Positions 19,109 through 27,834 of a DNA stretch of 64,000 nucleotides are shown here, piece after piece. Below the pieces are notes generated by a model that saw only the letters and a program-made list of their open reading frames with translations, was not told where the DNA came from and did not search any database. Each line of letters opens with the position of its first letter. Position 1 is the first letter of the stretch. Both the position numbers and the translations under genes were made by a program. Source of the stretch: an uncultured Nitrospiraceae bacterium (lineage in GTDB: Bacteria; Nitrospirota; Nitrospiria; Nitrospirales; Nitrospiraceae); assembly GCA_963730935.1 (NCBI GenBank), contig CAVSTP010000003.1, positions 542,292-606,291 of the forward strand, in the 5' to 3' direction.

Positions 19109-19210
19109 TTTACTACAGGAAAGACACTCAGTCCTCTGAAAGTTTTGTTTTGTCTCCAGAAAAAATAGATTACAGAAATTTTACATCATCCTTACCAAGG
19201 ACCGATTGAA

Positions 19211-19238
19211 TCCGAATGACTTTCTGATTACATTCGGA
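19211..19238. promoter_or_regulatory. Perfect 8-bp inverted repeat in the AT-rich divergent intergenic region
   Basis: TCCGAATG-N12-CATTCGGA ends 3 nt before ATG 19242. It could be an operator or a 5' hairpin. Confidence 0.25.
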
Positions 19239-19241
19239 CGC

Positions 19242-20384
19242 ATGCATGACATTCTAAAATTTACACTCTTCTGTGTGTTGTTCCTTGGTCACGACTCGGT
19301 CTGGGCAGGCGGGGACGAATGGAAAACGAGCCCAAAACCGGCGGACACGTCCTGGTACCAGGCCAGGCTCACCCCAATGTCCGATGGTGTTCCCATGGCG
19401 CCGCCCAACGTGCGGAATCTGACGCCCGATACCGATCGGCCGCGCACACAAGGGATCCTGGCATCGACGACGTGGCTCAAAGGCGCATTCTCTACGGAAA
19501 CGGAAGTCGCGACCAATCAAGCGATCTCTCCGGGAGACGATCCCTCAAGTCGCATGATGCGACTCGGCGTCAGCGGCTCGGCGGGGCTCGTGCGCTACGG
19601 CATGACCTATCGCACGGCGGATCAGACTTTCTCTCAGACACCAGGCCAAGAGCAGAGGGAAGCCTGGGGAGAGTGGAAGAACGGAGCGATGGCGATCCGC
19701 AGCGCCGTCGGACAACGAAGTCAACTCGACGCCGACGCTACAGGCAATCGAGTGCAACAGAGTTACAACCGGATCGATGTGTTATGGGGCAAGCCTGCAT
19801 GGCCGCATCTCGCACTCAAATATGCGCAGAATGCTGCGAGCAACACGATAGATCCCTTGAGCCTGGTTCCGCAGAGGGCCGATCATCACCGGGTCGAGGC
19901 AGTGGTCGGCTATGGCGGTGCGATGTGGAAGGCCAGCCTGGCCTCCAGCTATGGCCTTGAAACCGATCTCATGAACCATGGCGCGGAGAGACAAGTCAAA
20001 ACGCAATCCATCACGGCCTCGTTGCGTCCGCATGAGTCGCTCACCATCACGCCCACGCTTGGCTATCGTGCCGAGCAGCAAGAATGGTCGGGCGGGCGGA
20101 TAGATTCGCCATCAGCATCCCTCTCCATGAATTACACACAGAGCCCGCGGATGAACTTTTCTGCGACGGGGAACTACTCTGGCCTGCGATCCACCGATAA
20201 GCTCATCGAGTTGGACAGCATCGGCGGGAAAGGCATCGTCTCATTGGAACTCGAACCGGTAAAAGACTGGAAACCGCAGCTCTCTCTGGAGGGTGGCTAT
20301 AATCTACAAGTCAATCGACTCATGCCCTCGGCTCAAACCGAAAACCTCTCCGGCCTCCTGCGCCTCGTCCTGGCCACGATGTAG
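19242..20384 (+). CDS. Hypothetical secreted protein, possibly an outer-membrane beta-barrel
   Basis: Signal peptide MHDILKFTLFCVLFLGHDSVWA. The body shows alternating polar/hydrophobic beta-like segments rich in Y/G/S/T. No family recognised. Confidence 0.55.
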   Translation: MHDILKFTLFCVLFLGHDSVWAGGDEWKTSPKPADTSWYQARLTPMSDGVPMAPPNVRNLTPDTDRPRTQGILASTTWLKGAFSTETEVATNQAISPGDDPSSRMMRLGVSGSAGLVRYGMTYRTADQTFSQTPGQEQREAWGEWKNGAMAIRSAVGQRSQLDADATGNRVQQSYNRIDVLWGKPAWPHLALKYAQNAASNTIDPLSLVPQRADHHRVEAVVGYGGAMWKASLASSYGLETDLMNHGAERQVKTQSITASLRPHESLTITPTLGYRAEQQEWSGGRIDSPSASLSMNYTQSPRMNFSATGNYSGLRSTDKLIELDSIGGKGIVSLELEPVKDWKPQLSLEGGYNLQVNRLMPSAQTENLSGLLRLVLATM

Positions 20385-20562
20385 AATTCACCGCGAGTAG
20401 CCTGTCCCGATGTTTGTCCCATCAGAGCTGAGGCTTGGTCTCGGTTGACTTCTCGCCAACGGACACGTAGAACAAAGGCCCTGGCATCCTTGCCCGCCCT
20501 GGCTCGAGTCATCCTGCCTGCGCGTTCATCACCCGATCTGAGAACCAGTTCGCCATCATCTT

Positions 20563-22389
20563 ATGCCACCGACCATGCTGCTCAGTTGTGAGTCCATTAG
20601 CAAGAGTTACGGGGTGAAACCGCTTTTCTCCGACCTGTCGCTCGGGCTCTGTGAAGGTGATCACGTCGGGCTGATCGGTCCCAACGGATCCGGCAAGTCG
20701 ACGTTGCTCAAAATACTGGCCGGCCTTGATGAGCCGGATCGCGGGAGCCGGTCAATTCGGCGCCAAGTCCGCATTGGCTATGTCCCCCAAGAACCGTCGT
20801 TTTCCACGTCTCACACGGTCGAGGAAGCGCTCACCCAAGTTCTCCTCGATGGTGGTCTGGACCCCCATGAGCACGGCGGCCGAATGGCCAAGGCCCTCAG
20901 CCTCGGAGGCTTCATAGCCGTCGACCAGTCCGTCGCTACCCTCTCCGGAGGTTGGAAGAAGCGTCTGGCGATCACGCAGTCGTTGATGCTGGAACCAGAC
21001 GTGTTGCTGATGGATGAACCGACCAATCATCTGGACGTTGAGGGAATACTCTGGTTGGAAAAAGTGTTGCAAGCCGAACCCCATGCGTTTCTCGTCGTCA
21101 GCCATGACCGGCGGTTTCTGGAATCGGTGGCCTCCCGCATCTGGGAATTAAACCGCTGTTATCCAAACGGCGTGTTTCAAGCGAACGGCCGGTATAGTGA
21201 TTTTTTGGAACAGCGCGATGCGGCACTGCAGGCGCAGGCCGATTATCAATCCTCCCTGGCAAATCGTGTGCGGCGCGAAGTGGAATGGCTCCGCCGCGGG
21301 CCCAAGGCCCGAACGACGAAAGCCAAAGCGCGTGTAGACGCAGCCGGGCGCCTGATTGACGAGTTGCAGACCATCGAATCCCGTCAGGCACAGAGTACCG
21401 CAGGGATCGACTTTACGGCGTCCGGGCGAAAGTCCAAACGGCTTCTGGCGGCTGCCAGGCTCGGCAAATCGCTTGGCGGGAAGCCGATCATCAGGGATCT
21501 CGACTTGCAGGTTGGCCCCGGCGAACGAATCGGGCTTCTTGGCCCCAACGGTAGCGGGAAGACCACTCTTCTGAAGTTGCTGGCCGGAACTCTGCAACCG
21601 GATACCGGAACCATCACCTGCGCCGACCGGCTGCGCGTCGTCACCTTCGAGCAACACCGCGAATCACTGGATCAGCAAGCCACACTACGGCGCTCTCTTG
21701 CACCCTCGGGCGACGCCGTCGTCTATCAAGACCGGTCCGTCCATGTGATCTCATGGGCGAAGCGTTTCCTGTTCAAACCGGAGCAACTGGATCTACCGGT
21801 CTCCCGCCTGTCCGGCGGGGAGCAGGCCCGATTGCTCATCGCACAGCTGATGCTCCAGCCGGCCGATCTGCTGATTCTGGACGAGCCAACGAACGATTTG
21901 GATATTCCTACGCTCGACGTGCTCGAGGACAGCCTGTTGGAATTCACGGGAGCGCTTGTCCTCGTGACGCACGACCGGTGGTTGCTGGACCGTATCTCCA
22001 CGCGGCTCCTCGCACTAGACGGCACGGGCCGCGTCGAGTGGTTTGCCGACTATGCCCAATGGGAAGCCTCACAAGTGCGGAATGCCGGAGATGCTAGTCG
22101 GTCCGCGGCTGCACTTGCCGGCACGGTGAAGAATTCTTCCAAACGGAAAGGGTTGTCCTACCGCGAACAACAGGAGTGGGACAAGATCGAGGAGCAGATT
22201 CTCAAGGCCGAGAAAGCCGTAACGAGCTGTCAGGCGGCAGCGAACGATCCAGCTATCGCTTCCTGCGCGGAAGCCCTCCATGAACGGTACAACGCGCTTC
22301 AAGCTGCGCAGGCCGAAGTCGAACGTCTCTACGCACGCTGGACCGAACTCGATGAGAAACGTACCAAGACTGTGAACAGCGCGCAATAG
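20563..22389 (+). CDS. uup: ABC-F family ATPase (Uup-like, two ABC domains plus C-terminal coiled coil)
   Basis: Two Walker A motifs (GPNGSGKST, GPNGSGKTT), two ABC signatures (LSGGWKKRL, LSGGEQARL), no TM domain, and a charged coiled-coil tail. Confidence 0.85.
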   Translation: MPPTMLLSCESISKSYGVKPLFSDLSLGLCEGDHVGLIGPNGSGKSTLLKILAGLDEPDRGSRSIRRQVRIGYVPQEPSFSTSHTVEEALTQVLLDGGLDPHEHGGRMAKALSLGGFIAVDQSVATLSGGWKKRLAITQSLMLEPDVLLMDEPTNHLDVEGILWLEKVLQAEPHAFLVVSHDRRFLESVASRIWELNRCYPNGVFQANGRYSDFLEQRDAALQAQADYQSSLANRVRREVEWLRRGPKARTTKAKARVDAAGRLIDELQTIESRQAQSTAGIDFTASGRKSKRLLAAARLGKSLGGKPIIRDLDLQVGPGERIGLLGPNGSGKTTLLKLLAGTLQPDTGTITCADRLRVVTFEQHRESLDQQATLRRSLAPSGDAVVYQDRSVHVISWAKRFLFKPEQLDLPVSRLSGGEQARLLIAQLMLQPADLLILDEPTNDLDIPTLDVLEDSLLEFTGALVLVTHDRWLLDRISTRLLALDGTGRVEWFADYAQWEASQVRNAGDASRSAAALAGTVKNSSKRKGLSYREQQEWDKIEEQILKAEKAVTSCQAAANDPAIASCAEALHERYNALQAAQAEVERLYARWTELDEKRTKTVNSAQ

Positions 22390-22483
22390 CACTCGGCAAT
22401 CGACCTGCAAGGCTGCCGCTCATTCCGAACGCCGCGCTAGATGCCGAGGCTTTGAGAAACGTTATAACGGAAGGTGCTTGAGA

Positions 22484-22636
22484 TCAGGCGGCGACGTTTG
22501 ATTGTGGCTTCTCAGACGTGTCCTTGCCTTCGGTATTGTCTCTCAAGCGGTGTGCCTGACGAAACTCGGCCAAGGCCTTCGGTCCGAGGAAGAAAAAACC
22601 AATCACACATGCCGCCAATGTTATGAGTTTTAGCAT
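22484..22636 (-). CDS. Possible 50-aa single-TM protein (below the ORF-track cut-off)
   Basis: MLKLITLAACVIGFFFLGPKALAEFRQAHRLRDNTEGKDTSEKPQSNVAA has a hydrophobic helix followed by an amphipathic/charged tail, vaguely TatA-like. The RBS is weak, so this is speculative. Confidence 0.25.
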   Translation of the reverse strand: MLKLITLAACVIGFFFLGPKALAEFRQAHRLRDNTEGKDTSEKPQSNVAA

Positions 22637-22763
22637 TAGAGGGTGTCCTGTACGAGAGTGCCTAGCCGAAATCTAGCTCCATCATCCACATCCGGTCGCC
22701 TCGGAACCTCTCTAGCAAACAAGTCGTGTAAAATCCTTCGTAAGAAGCCGGCGTCTCCAGCAT

Positions 22764-23240
22764 CTAGAACGTTTCTCCAGCTGTCTCAACGGCCAGGATG
22801 GCAGCCTGGCGCGCCTGTTCGAGACCGGCACGAGCCAGTGCGTCCACACGTTCGTTATCCGTGTGACCTGAATGTCCTCTGACCCAATGCCATTCGAGCG
22901 TGTGACCAACGGTCAACGCATCGAGACGACGCCACAGATCCTCATTCTTGACGGGCTCATTGCTCGCTGTTTTCCAGCCGCGTCGCTTCCAATTATGAAT
23001 CCAGATGCTGATACCCTTCTGCACGTACTGGGAATCGGTATAGATTCGCGCCTCGACCGGATGCCTGAGACTTTGCAAGGCCTCAATGACGGCACGCAGC
23101 TCCATGCGATTGTTGGTCGTCGCCGGCTCACCTCCGAACAGCTCCGTCTCGATGCTCTCCACGCGTAGTAAGACGCCCCAACCGCCAATTCCTGGATTTC
23201 CACAACAGGCACCGTCCGTATAGATTTCAATCCTGTCCAC
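22764..23240 (-). CDS. rnhA: Ribonuclease HI
   Basis: [22 protein letters not shown]...[15 protein letters not shown]...TDSQYV...[15 protein letters not shown] are the canonical RNase H DEDD blocks. Confidence 0.95.
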   Translation of the reverse strand: MDRIEIYTDGACCGNPGIGGWGVLLRVESIETELFGGEPATTNNRMELRAVIEALQSLRHPVEARIYTDSQYVQKGISIWIHNWKRRGWKTASNEPVKNEDLWRRLDALTVGHTLEWHWVRGHSGHTDNERVDALARAGLEQARQAAILAVETAGETF

Positions 23241-23295
23241 GTTTTCTTATGTGCTCCGCTTAAAGGAATCAGGGCTCACTACGGTCTATGTGGGC

Positions 23296-23622
23296 TCACG
23301 GCTCTCCGATCGCTTGAATGCAGCTCGAACCAACCAACAAGATGTAGAAATTGGTGATCTGAAGGGTGCGTATTCGCTTAATAGGCGTTCGATCATTGAG
23401 TTTTATCCGCGAGCGGAACTCGCCAACGTCTCCCATTGGCCTGCCGTCTTTTTGCGCACCTTCGATGGTGTTCGTGCCGAGCCCCATACCGAGCACAATA
23501 GGGGTGCAGTCTTCTCCCATCAGCACGCCTTTGACGTCGGCATTGCTCGGCTGTAGCTCGGTGGTGATATTGATGCAACCTGACAGGAGCAGCGTGAACA
23601 GGAAGACGAACACAAGCTGCAT
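23296..23622 (-). CDS. Small lipoprotein (TRL-like family by eye)
   Basis: Lipobox LLLSGC. 108 aa with two conserved-looking Cys (GEDCTPIVLGMGLG ... LVGSSCIQAIGE). Confidence 0.55.
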   Translation of the reverse strand: MQLVFVFLFTLLLSGCINITTELQPSNADVKGVLMGEDCTPIVLGMGLGTNTIEGAQKDGRPMGDVGEFRSRIKLNDRTPIKRIRTLQITNFYILLVGSSCIQAIGEP

Positions 23623-24039
23623 CGGACGGACTCCTTCTTGAATGTGGGAACATGAAAAAGCCAGACAGGCTACCGGTGCGGGAAGGGGTGTGTCAATCGT
23701 GATAGAGGCAACAGGAGTATTAATGTTGTTATCCCGACGCTAGAGAGAGCAGTGCATAGGAATGCGAGCATGAATCGCATCAGTTTCTGGCTCCGTTCTT
23801 GAATGCTCTTCCCCGCGACTTGCGAAGACTCATATCATACAGGCGCTCGCCCAGAGACGTTTCCTCCAGCGTCAATGAGTGATTCGGCCTTCTCCTTAGC
23901 CATAGCTATCAATTTTCGGCGTGAGGTATGAAAATACGGCCGCTGGATCGCCTGGATTCGGATGCCATATCGAGCGCAGCTCTGCTTGAGGTGCAGTGAT
24001 ATGTAAAGCACCGCCCGCCCACATGGAATGGAGGGAGAC

Positions 24040-25023
24040 ATGAAATCTCTCATTGCAGGTTTACTCTTCTTCATCACTCTCATTCAGGGATGTTCCACTC
24101 TCTCAGAGGGGCGGGGAACGCCTGCATCTACGAACACGTACTACGAACGCCGATGCAGTTCCGGGGTTCTGTTGGAGCCGCTCGATGCCGAAGCGCAGCT
24201 GTCGCCCGAGCGCCTGGCATTGTTGAGAGGGCAGTTCTCCATCACGGCATTTGAGACCGCGGCCGCGCTTGGAGTGGTTCCTTTTCTGGATCACCTCTTA
24301 ACTCTCGAGACCCAAGTAGGTCCACGTGGAGAAGGGCCGGCGCTCGAGTATGTTCGGGAACGCCGGCATATCACAGATCGCATTACGTTAGGAATTCTGG
24401 ACGTATCGAGTGTTGCCGTCGAGGCGGGGTGCGAGCAAGGCCGCGCGACCTTGTTGGCCGAGCACTTGCAAAAGTCGCTCGACAAGCGCCAGAACGTCTA
24501 TACCATCCTCGGTTTGGTCGGCAGCGGTGTCCTTACAGTCATCAGCGGAGCCATCGGGGTAGGGGCTTCCAGCATCGGCGTCTTGAACACGGCGAATGTT
24601 GCCACGGTGATCGGCGGAGCCAGCGAGCTCATTTTTGGATCAGCCGCGTTGATTGACACGACCGGAACTGAGGAACTTCATCACGAGCGCAATCTTCTAA
24701 AAGACATTTGGACCGGAGAGAACAGCACCTTTGTCCCCGCCGTCTGGTCCTTCCTGAACACCCGATTGACGGACGAGCCGGCTCAGCCGACCTTGCGAGA
24801 AACCCTGATTATGAGGTGGCGAGAAGAGGGCCGCCTTGGTCCACCAGGGTCGGAGGACGAACAGCACCGGATCGACCTCTTTTTTGGAAAGGGAGGCCGT
24901 TACACGATCGATGAGCTCCGAGCGAGAGCGGCGATGCTCGATCTCCTCGAGATCGATATCAGTCTGATGCACCAAGGAATGAACCGACTGATCCGGGAGC
25001 TCTTGAGGCGAGACAAGGTCTAG
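24040..25023 (+). CDS. Hypothetical lipoprotein
   Basis: RBS GGAGGGAG before ATG 24040. Signal and lipobox MKSLIAGLLFFITLIQGC. There is an internal Gly/Ala-rich hydrophobic stretch. No family recognised. Confidence 0.6.
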   Translation: MKSLIAGLLFFITLIQGCSTLSEGRGTPASTNTYYERRCSSGVLLEPLDAEAQLSPERLALLRGQFSITAFETAAALGVVPFLDHLLTLETQVGPRGEGPALEYVRERRHITDRITLGILDVSSVAVEAGCEQGRATLLAEHLQKSLDKRQNVYTILGLVGSGVLTVISGAIGVGASSIGVLNTANVATVIGGASELIFGSAALIDTTGTEELHHERNLLKDIWTGENSTFVPAVWSFLNTRLTDEPAQPTLRETLIMRWREEGRLGPPGSEDEQHRIDLFFGKGGRYTIDELRARAAMLDLLEIDISLMHQGMNRLIRELLRRDKV

Positions 25024-25303
25024 CTGACGGTCCTTCCGAGCTTGCGTGTACTTCCCGTCCCTTCGGGCAGGTCAGAGACGGATGTCTTGCCTGCGATTTT
25101 AGCGAAGGCGAGGGGTACCGTCGACTCGGCCGGCGACTTTGACGGTTGGCATGGTGGTGGACTTCGGTCGCTTTAGCGACGGCTCTGTATGTCAGATGGT
25201 CCGTTGACGAACGTCACAATGGACCGAGTTTACAGAGCCGAGGCGTCTAGTGACCATGCGTTTTCAACCGTCGCGGAGCCGGCGCACCGAATCCCTGCAA
25301 GCC

Positions 25304-27577
25304 TCACAACTTTCCAAACGTCCTCTCCCAAAACTCCCTCACCTTCCCCATATGCTCTTCAACATCTGTCTTCAAATGCCTCGCTCCCGCCTGCCAGTCG
25401 TCGGTGGTGTAGCCGACGCGGCGCGCCAGAAAGATAAACTCGTCTGAATCGGCGGGCGGAAGGACCAAGTCCTTGGCATGGCCTCGCACCATGCGTAGTC
25501 CGTCGATCAGCATCCGGATAAACAGGTACGCCTTTCGGAGATTCTCGCCGTTCTGCCGGCTGACAATCCCGCACTCAACAAGTCCCGCAAGCGCCTGCAT
25601 AGCGTTCGGCGTGCGCAGCACCGCATGACGGTGCCCGTGCATGAGCTGGAGGTATTGAATGGCGTATTCGATGTCGACGACCCCTCCGGGACTGAGCTTG
25701 GCGTTCACAGTGCCGCGCTCGACGAGTTGTTTGAGTTGTTGCCGGCGCAGGTCGAGGGCGGAGGCCACATCCCACGGCGCCGCGCTATAGACATACCGGT
25801 CCCGATGGACTTCGACCTGTTTCCCGAGGGCGGCATCGCCGGCGACGTGGCGGAGCTTGATCATGGCCTGCCGTTCGAACGGCACGGCGAGTCCTTGCTC
25901 ACTGTAATACGCGGTGATTTCGTCCAAAGGATTGGCCAGAAAGCCTTTGCTCCCGTGGGGACGCAGACGGACGTCGAGATGAAAGATGCCTTCCTGCTTG
26001 GCCTCGATCCACTGCAGCAACTCCTGCGTGAGCCGCTCGAAGTATTCGCTGTTCTCGATGCCGGCTTTGCCGTTGGTACGGCCGGCGCCGCCGTAGACGA
26101 ACAGGACTTCGATATCAGACGCATAGCCCAACTCCCGGCCGCCGAACTTGCCCGCGCCCATCACGGCAAAGGAGCAGGGCTTGCCGTTCGTCAACCGGGG
26201 GGCGCCGTACATCTTGTTGAGTTTCGCCTGGCAGTCTTTCAGGCTGCGTTCGACGATCACTTCGGCTAACTGAGTCAGGGCGAGGGAGAAGTCGGCGAGG
26301 CTCGTGTCGGGCTCGACGATGTGCTTCATGTCGATGCGGAACAGTTCCTGATCCTTGAAGCGATTCAGCGCGTCTTTCCGTCCAGCGTCATCTTTGGCTC
26401 GGTCCACGACGCGGTCGAGCGCCTTGCGGAGCGCCGCGCGCGGCGTGATGAGAGGCGCGTCACGATAGTCGTGAAGCAGCGGCAGGAGGTGATCATGCTG
26501 ACGGCGGAGAAAGTCTTCCCAGAGAAAATCGCTGGCGCCGAGGAGCCGGGCCAAGAGCGGAAACGTTTTCTTGTCGCTTAGAAAGGCCAGGGCTTCCTCA
26601 CGAGCCTTGCCCTTCGTCTCCTGAACGGTGAGATCGAGAAATTGGTCAAAGGCTTCCAGGGCCTTGGTCGGGTCCGGCGCCCAGGTGAGGGCGTGGGTGA
26701 ACTGCTTGATGAGGACAGCCGTCAACCGCAACTGCTGCTGCTCAGCCGGGTCGGTCAGTTTCTGGCCGTAACGGTTACGTACGGCAAACCGGTCATGCAG
26801 CTTGCCGCCGTCGAGGTCGATGCGGGCTGTCGTGATATACACGTTTCTCATCGCAAGCGCATTGGCGAAGGCATAGAGGAAGGCGGGCGTATCGTCCGAG
26901 CGGATGTCCATGATCGTGTCGGTCGGCGATTGGCTGTTGTCGAACCCAATTTGGACCGGATGCAGCAAGCCGCTGAATGAGCCTCGCCGCTTGCCCAGAT
27001 GTTCTACCAGGTGACGATTCACCGCATGCCGGGCTTCCTCGGACTTGCCTTCGTCCAGCAGGCCGATCAACGTACGGAGTTCGCCTTTGAAGCGCACTTG
27101 ATCGTCCGGTGTGAAGGAGGCGTCGCCGACCGGTTGCACGCGAAAAACGTCCACAATCTTTTTCCGGCTCAAGCCGGGACGCTGCTTGGGGCGTTGGCGC
27201 GGACCTTCGCTGTAGGCGGGCCTCGTGGACGGGCTGGAAACCGCCCCCTCACTGAATGTGTAGATCTGACCTTCCTCGATGTTCAGTCCGAATGCCGACA
27301 GGAGGCCACAGATGGTGGCGAATTCTGCAAAGTAATCGTAGGCGACGACCGTCAGCTCGAAGTGGCCGTTGCGAAATTCGGACACGGAGCACTCGGATAG
27401 ATGATCCGGCGTCAATACCGCTGCCAACCGGACATGCTGTGCGATCGTAGGGAGGGGGATGTGGCGGAAATACTCCCCGTCCATCCGGGTGACAAAATCA
27501 CGAAGAATATCCGGCGGGACGTCCGTAGAGAGGGGACTGAGGGCCTGAAGCAACTCTTCACGGTCCGAATTGGCCAT
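25304..27577 (-). CDS. glnE: GlnE-like nucleotidyltransferase, single-module, with an ACT-like N-terminal extension (half of a split glutamine-synthetase adenylyltransferase)
   Basis: One GlnE NTase core (FAVMGAGKFGGRELGYASDIEVLFVY ... YFERLTQELL ... HLDVRLRPHGSKG ... ERQAMIKLRHVAGD). The N-terminal ~250 aa resembles GlnD-type ACT segments. ATG 27577 is preferred over GTG 27598. Confidence 0.75.
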   Translation of the reverse strand: MANSDREELLQALSPLSTDVPPDILRDFVTRMDGEYFRHIPLPTIAQHVRLAAVLTPDHLSECSVSEFRNGHFELTVVAYDYFAEFATICGLLSAFGLNIEEGQIYTFSEGAVSSPSTRPAYSEGPRQRPKQRPGLSRKKIVDVFRVQPVGDASFTPDDQVRFKGELRTLIGLLDEGKSEEARHAVNRHLVEHLGKRRGSFSGLLHPVQIGFDNSQSPTDTIMDIRSDDTPAFLYAFANALAMRNVYITTARIDLDGGKLHDRFAVRNRYGQKLTDPAEQQQLRLTAVLIKQFTHALTWAPDPTKALEAFDQFLDLTVQETKGKAREEALAFLSDKKTFPLLARLLGASDFLWEDFLRRQHDHLLPLLHDYRDAPLITPRAALRKALDRVVDRAKDDAGRKDALNRFKDQELFRIDMKHIVEPDTSLADFSLALTQLAEVIVERSLKDCQAKLNKMYGAPRLTNGKPCSFAVMGAGKFGGRELGYASDIEVLFVYGGAGRTNGKAGIENSEYFERLTQELLQWIEAKQEGIFHLDVRLRPHGSKGFLANPLDEITAYYSEQGLAVPFERQAMIKLRHVAGDAALGKQVEVHRDRYVYSAAPWDVASALDLRRQQLKQLVERGTVNAKLSPGGVVDIEYAIQYLQLMHGHRHAVLRTPNAMQALAGLVECGIVSRQNGENLRKAYLFIRMLIDGLRMVRGHAKDLVLPPADSDEFIFLARRVGYTTDDWQAGARHLKTDVEEHMGKVREFWERTFGKL

Positions 27578-27607
27578 TGGGCAGTCAGTATATCTCACGA
27601 GTGTTCA

Positions 27608-27636
27608 TTGTGCGCAATACAGGCTGACAGTATAAT
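27608..27636 (+). promoter_or_regulatory. Candidate sigma70 promoter for the plus-strand glnE-like gene
   Basis: TTGTGC (27608-27613), 17-nt spacer, perfect TATAAT (27631-27636). This implies a ~190-nt leader that contains the palindromic element at 27657-27801. Confidence 0.4.
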
Positions 27637-27656
27637 GCCGCGCCGGCAGGATGTTG

Positions 27657-27801
27657 AAAAAGGTCGTCAGCTACGTTCTCGCATCGCTCAGCGGCTCGAC
27701 ATACGCACCCCGGAAAGAGCTGTTCCGGAAGCTCGGGGCGGGCGGGTGAGGAAGGTCTGCGTCACCGCTTCGCTCGCTGCGGCCTTACCGACGACCTTTT
27801 T
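27657..27801 (+). repeat. 145-nt palindromic element related to the right-hand module of the long-form repeat
   Basis: 12-bp closing stem AAAAAGGTCGTC / GACGACCTTTTT. Internal hairpin CCGGAA...TTCCGG. G-tract block GGGGCGGGCGGGTGAGGAAGG matches GGGTGGGCGGGTGAGAAG of the copies at 56.8, 42.0 and 37.07 kb. Confidence 0.7.
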
Positions 27802-27834
27802 GACCAGTCTGCGGGATATTGGTCTCATCAACTC

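Noticed and set aside
23835-24083. 82-aa minus-strand ORF in the lower-GC spacer upstream of the lipoprotein gene
   Set aside because: It overlaps the start of the plus-strand lipoprotein gene, has no RBS, and is basic and low-complexity.
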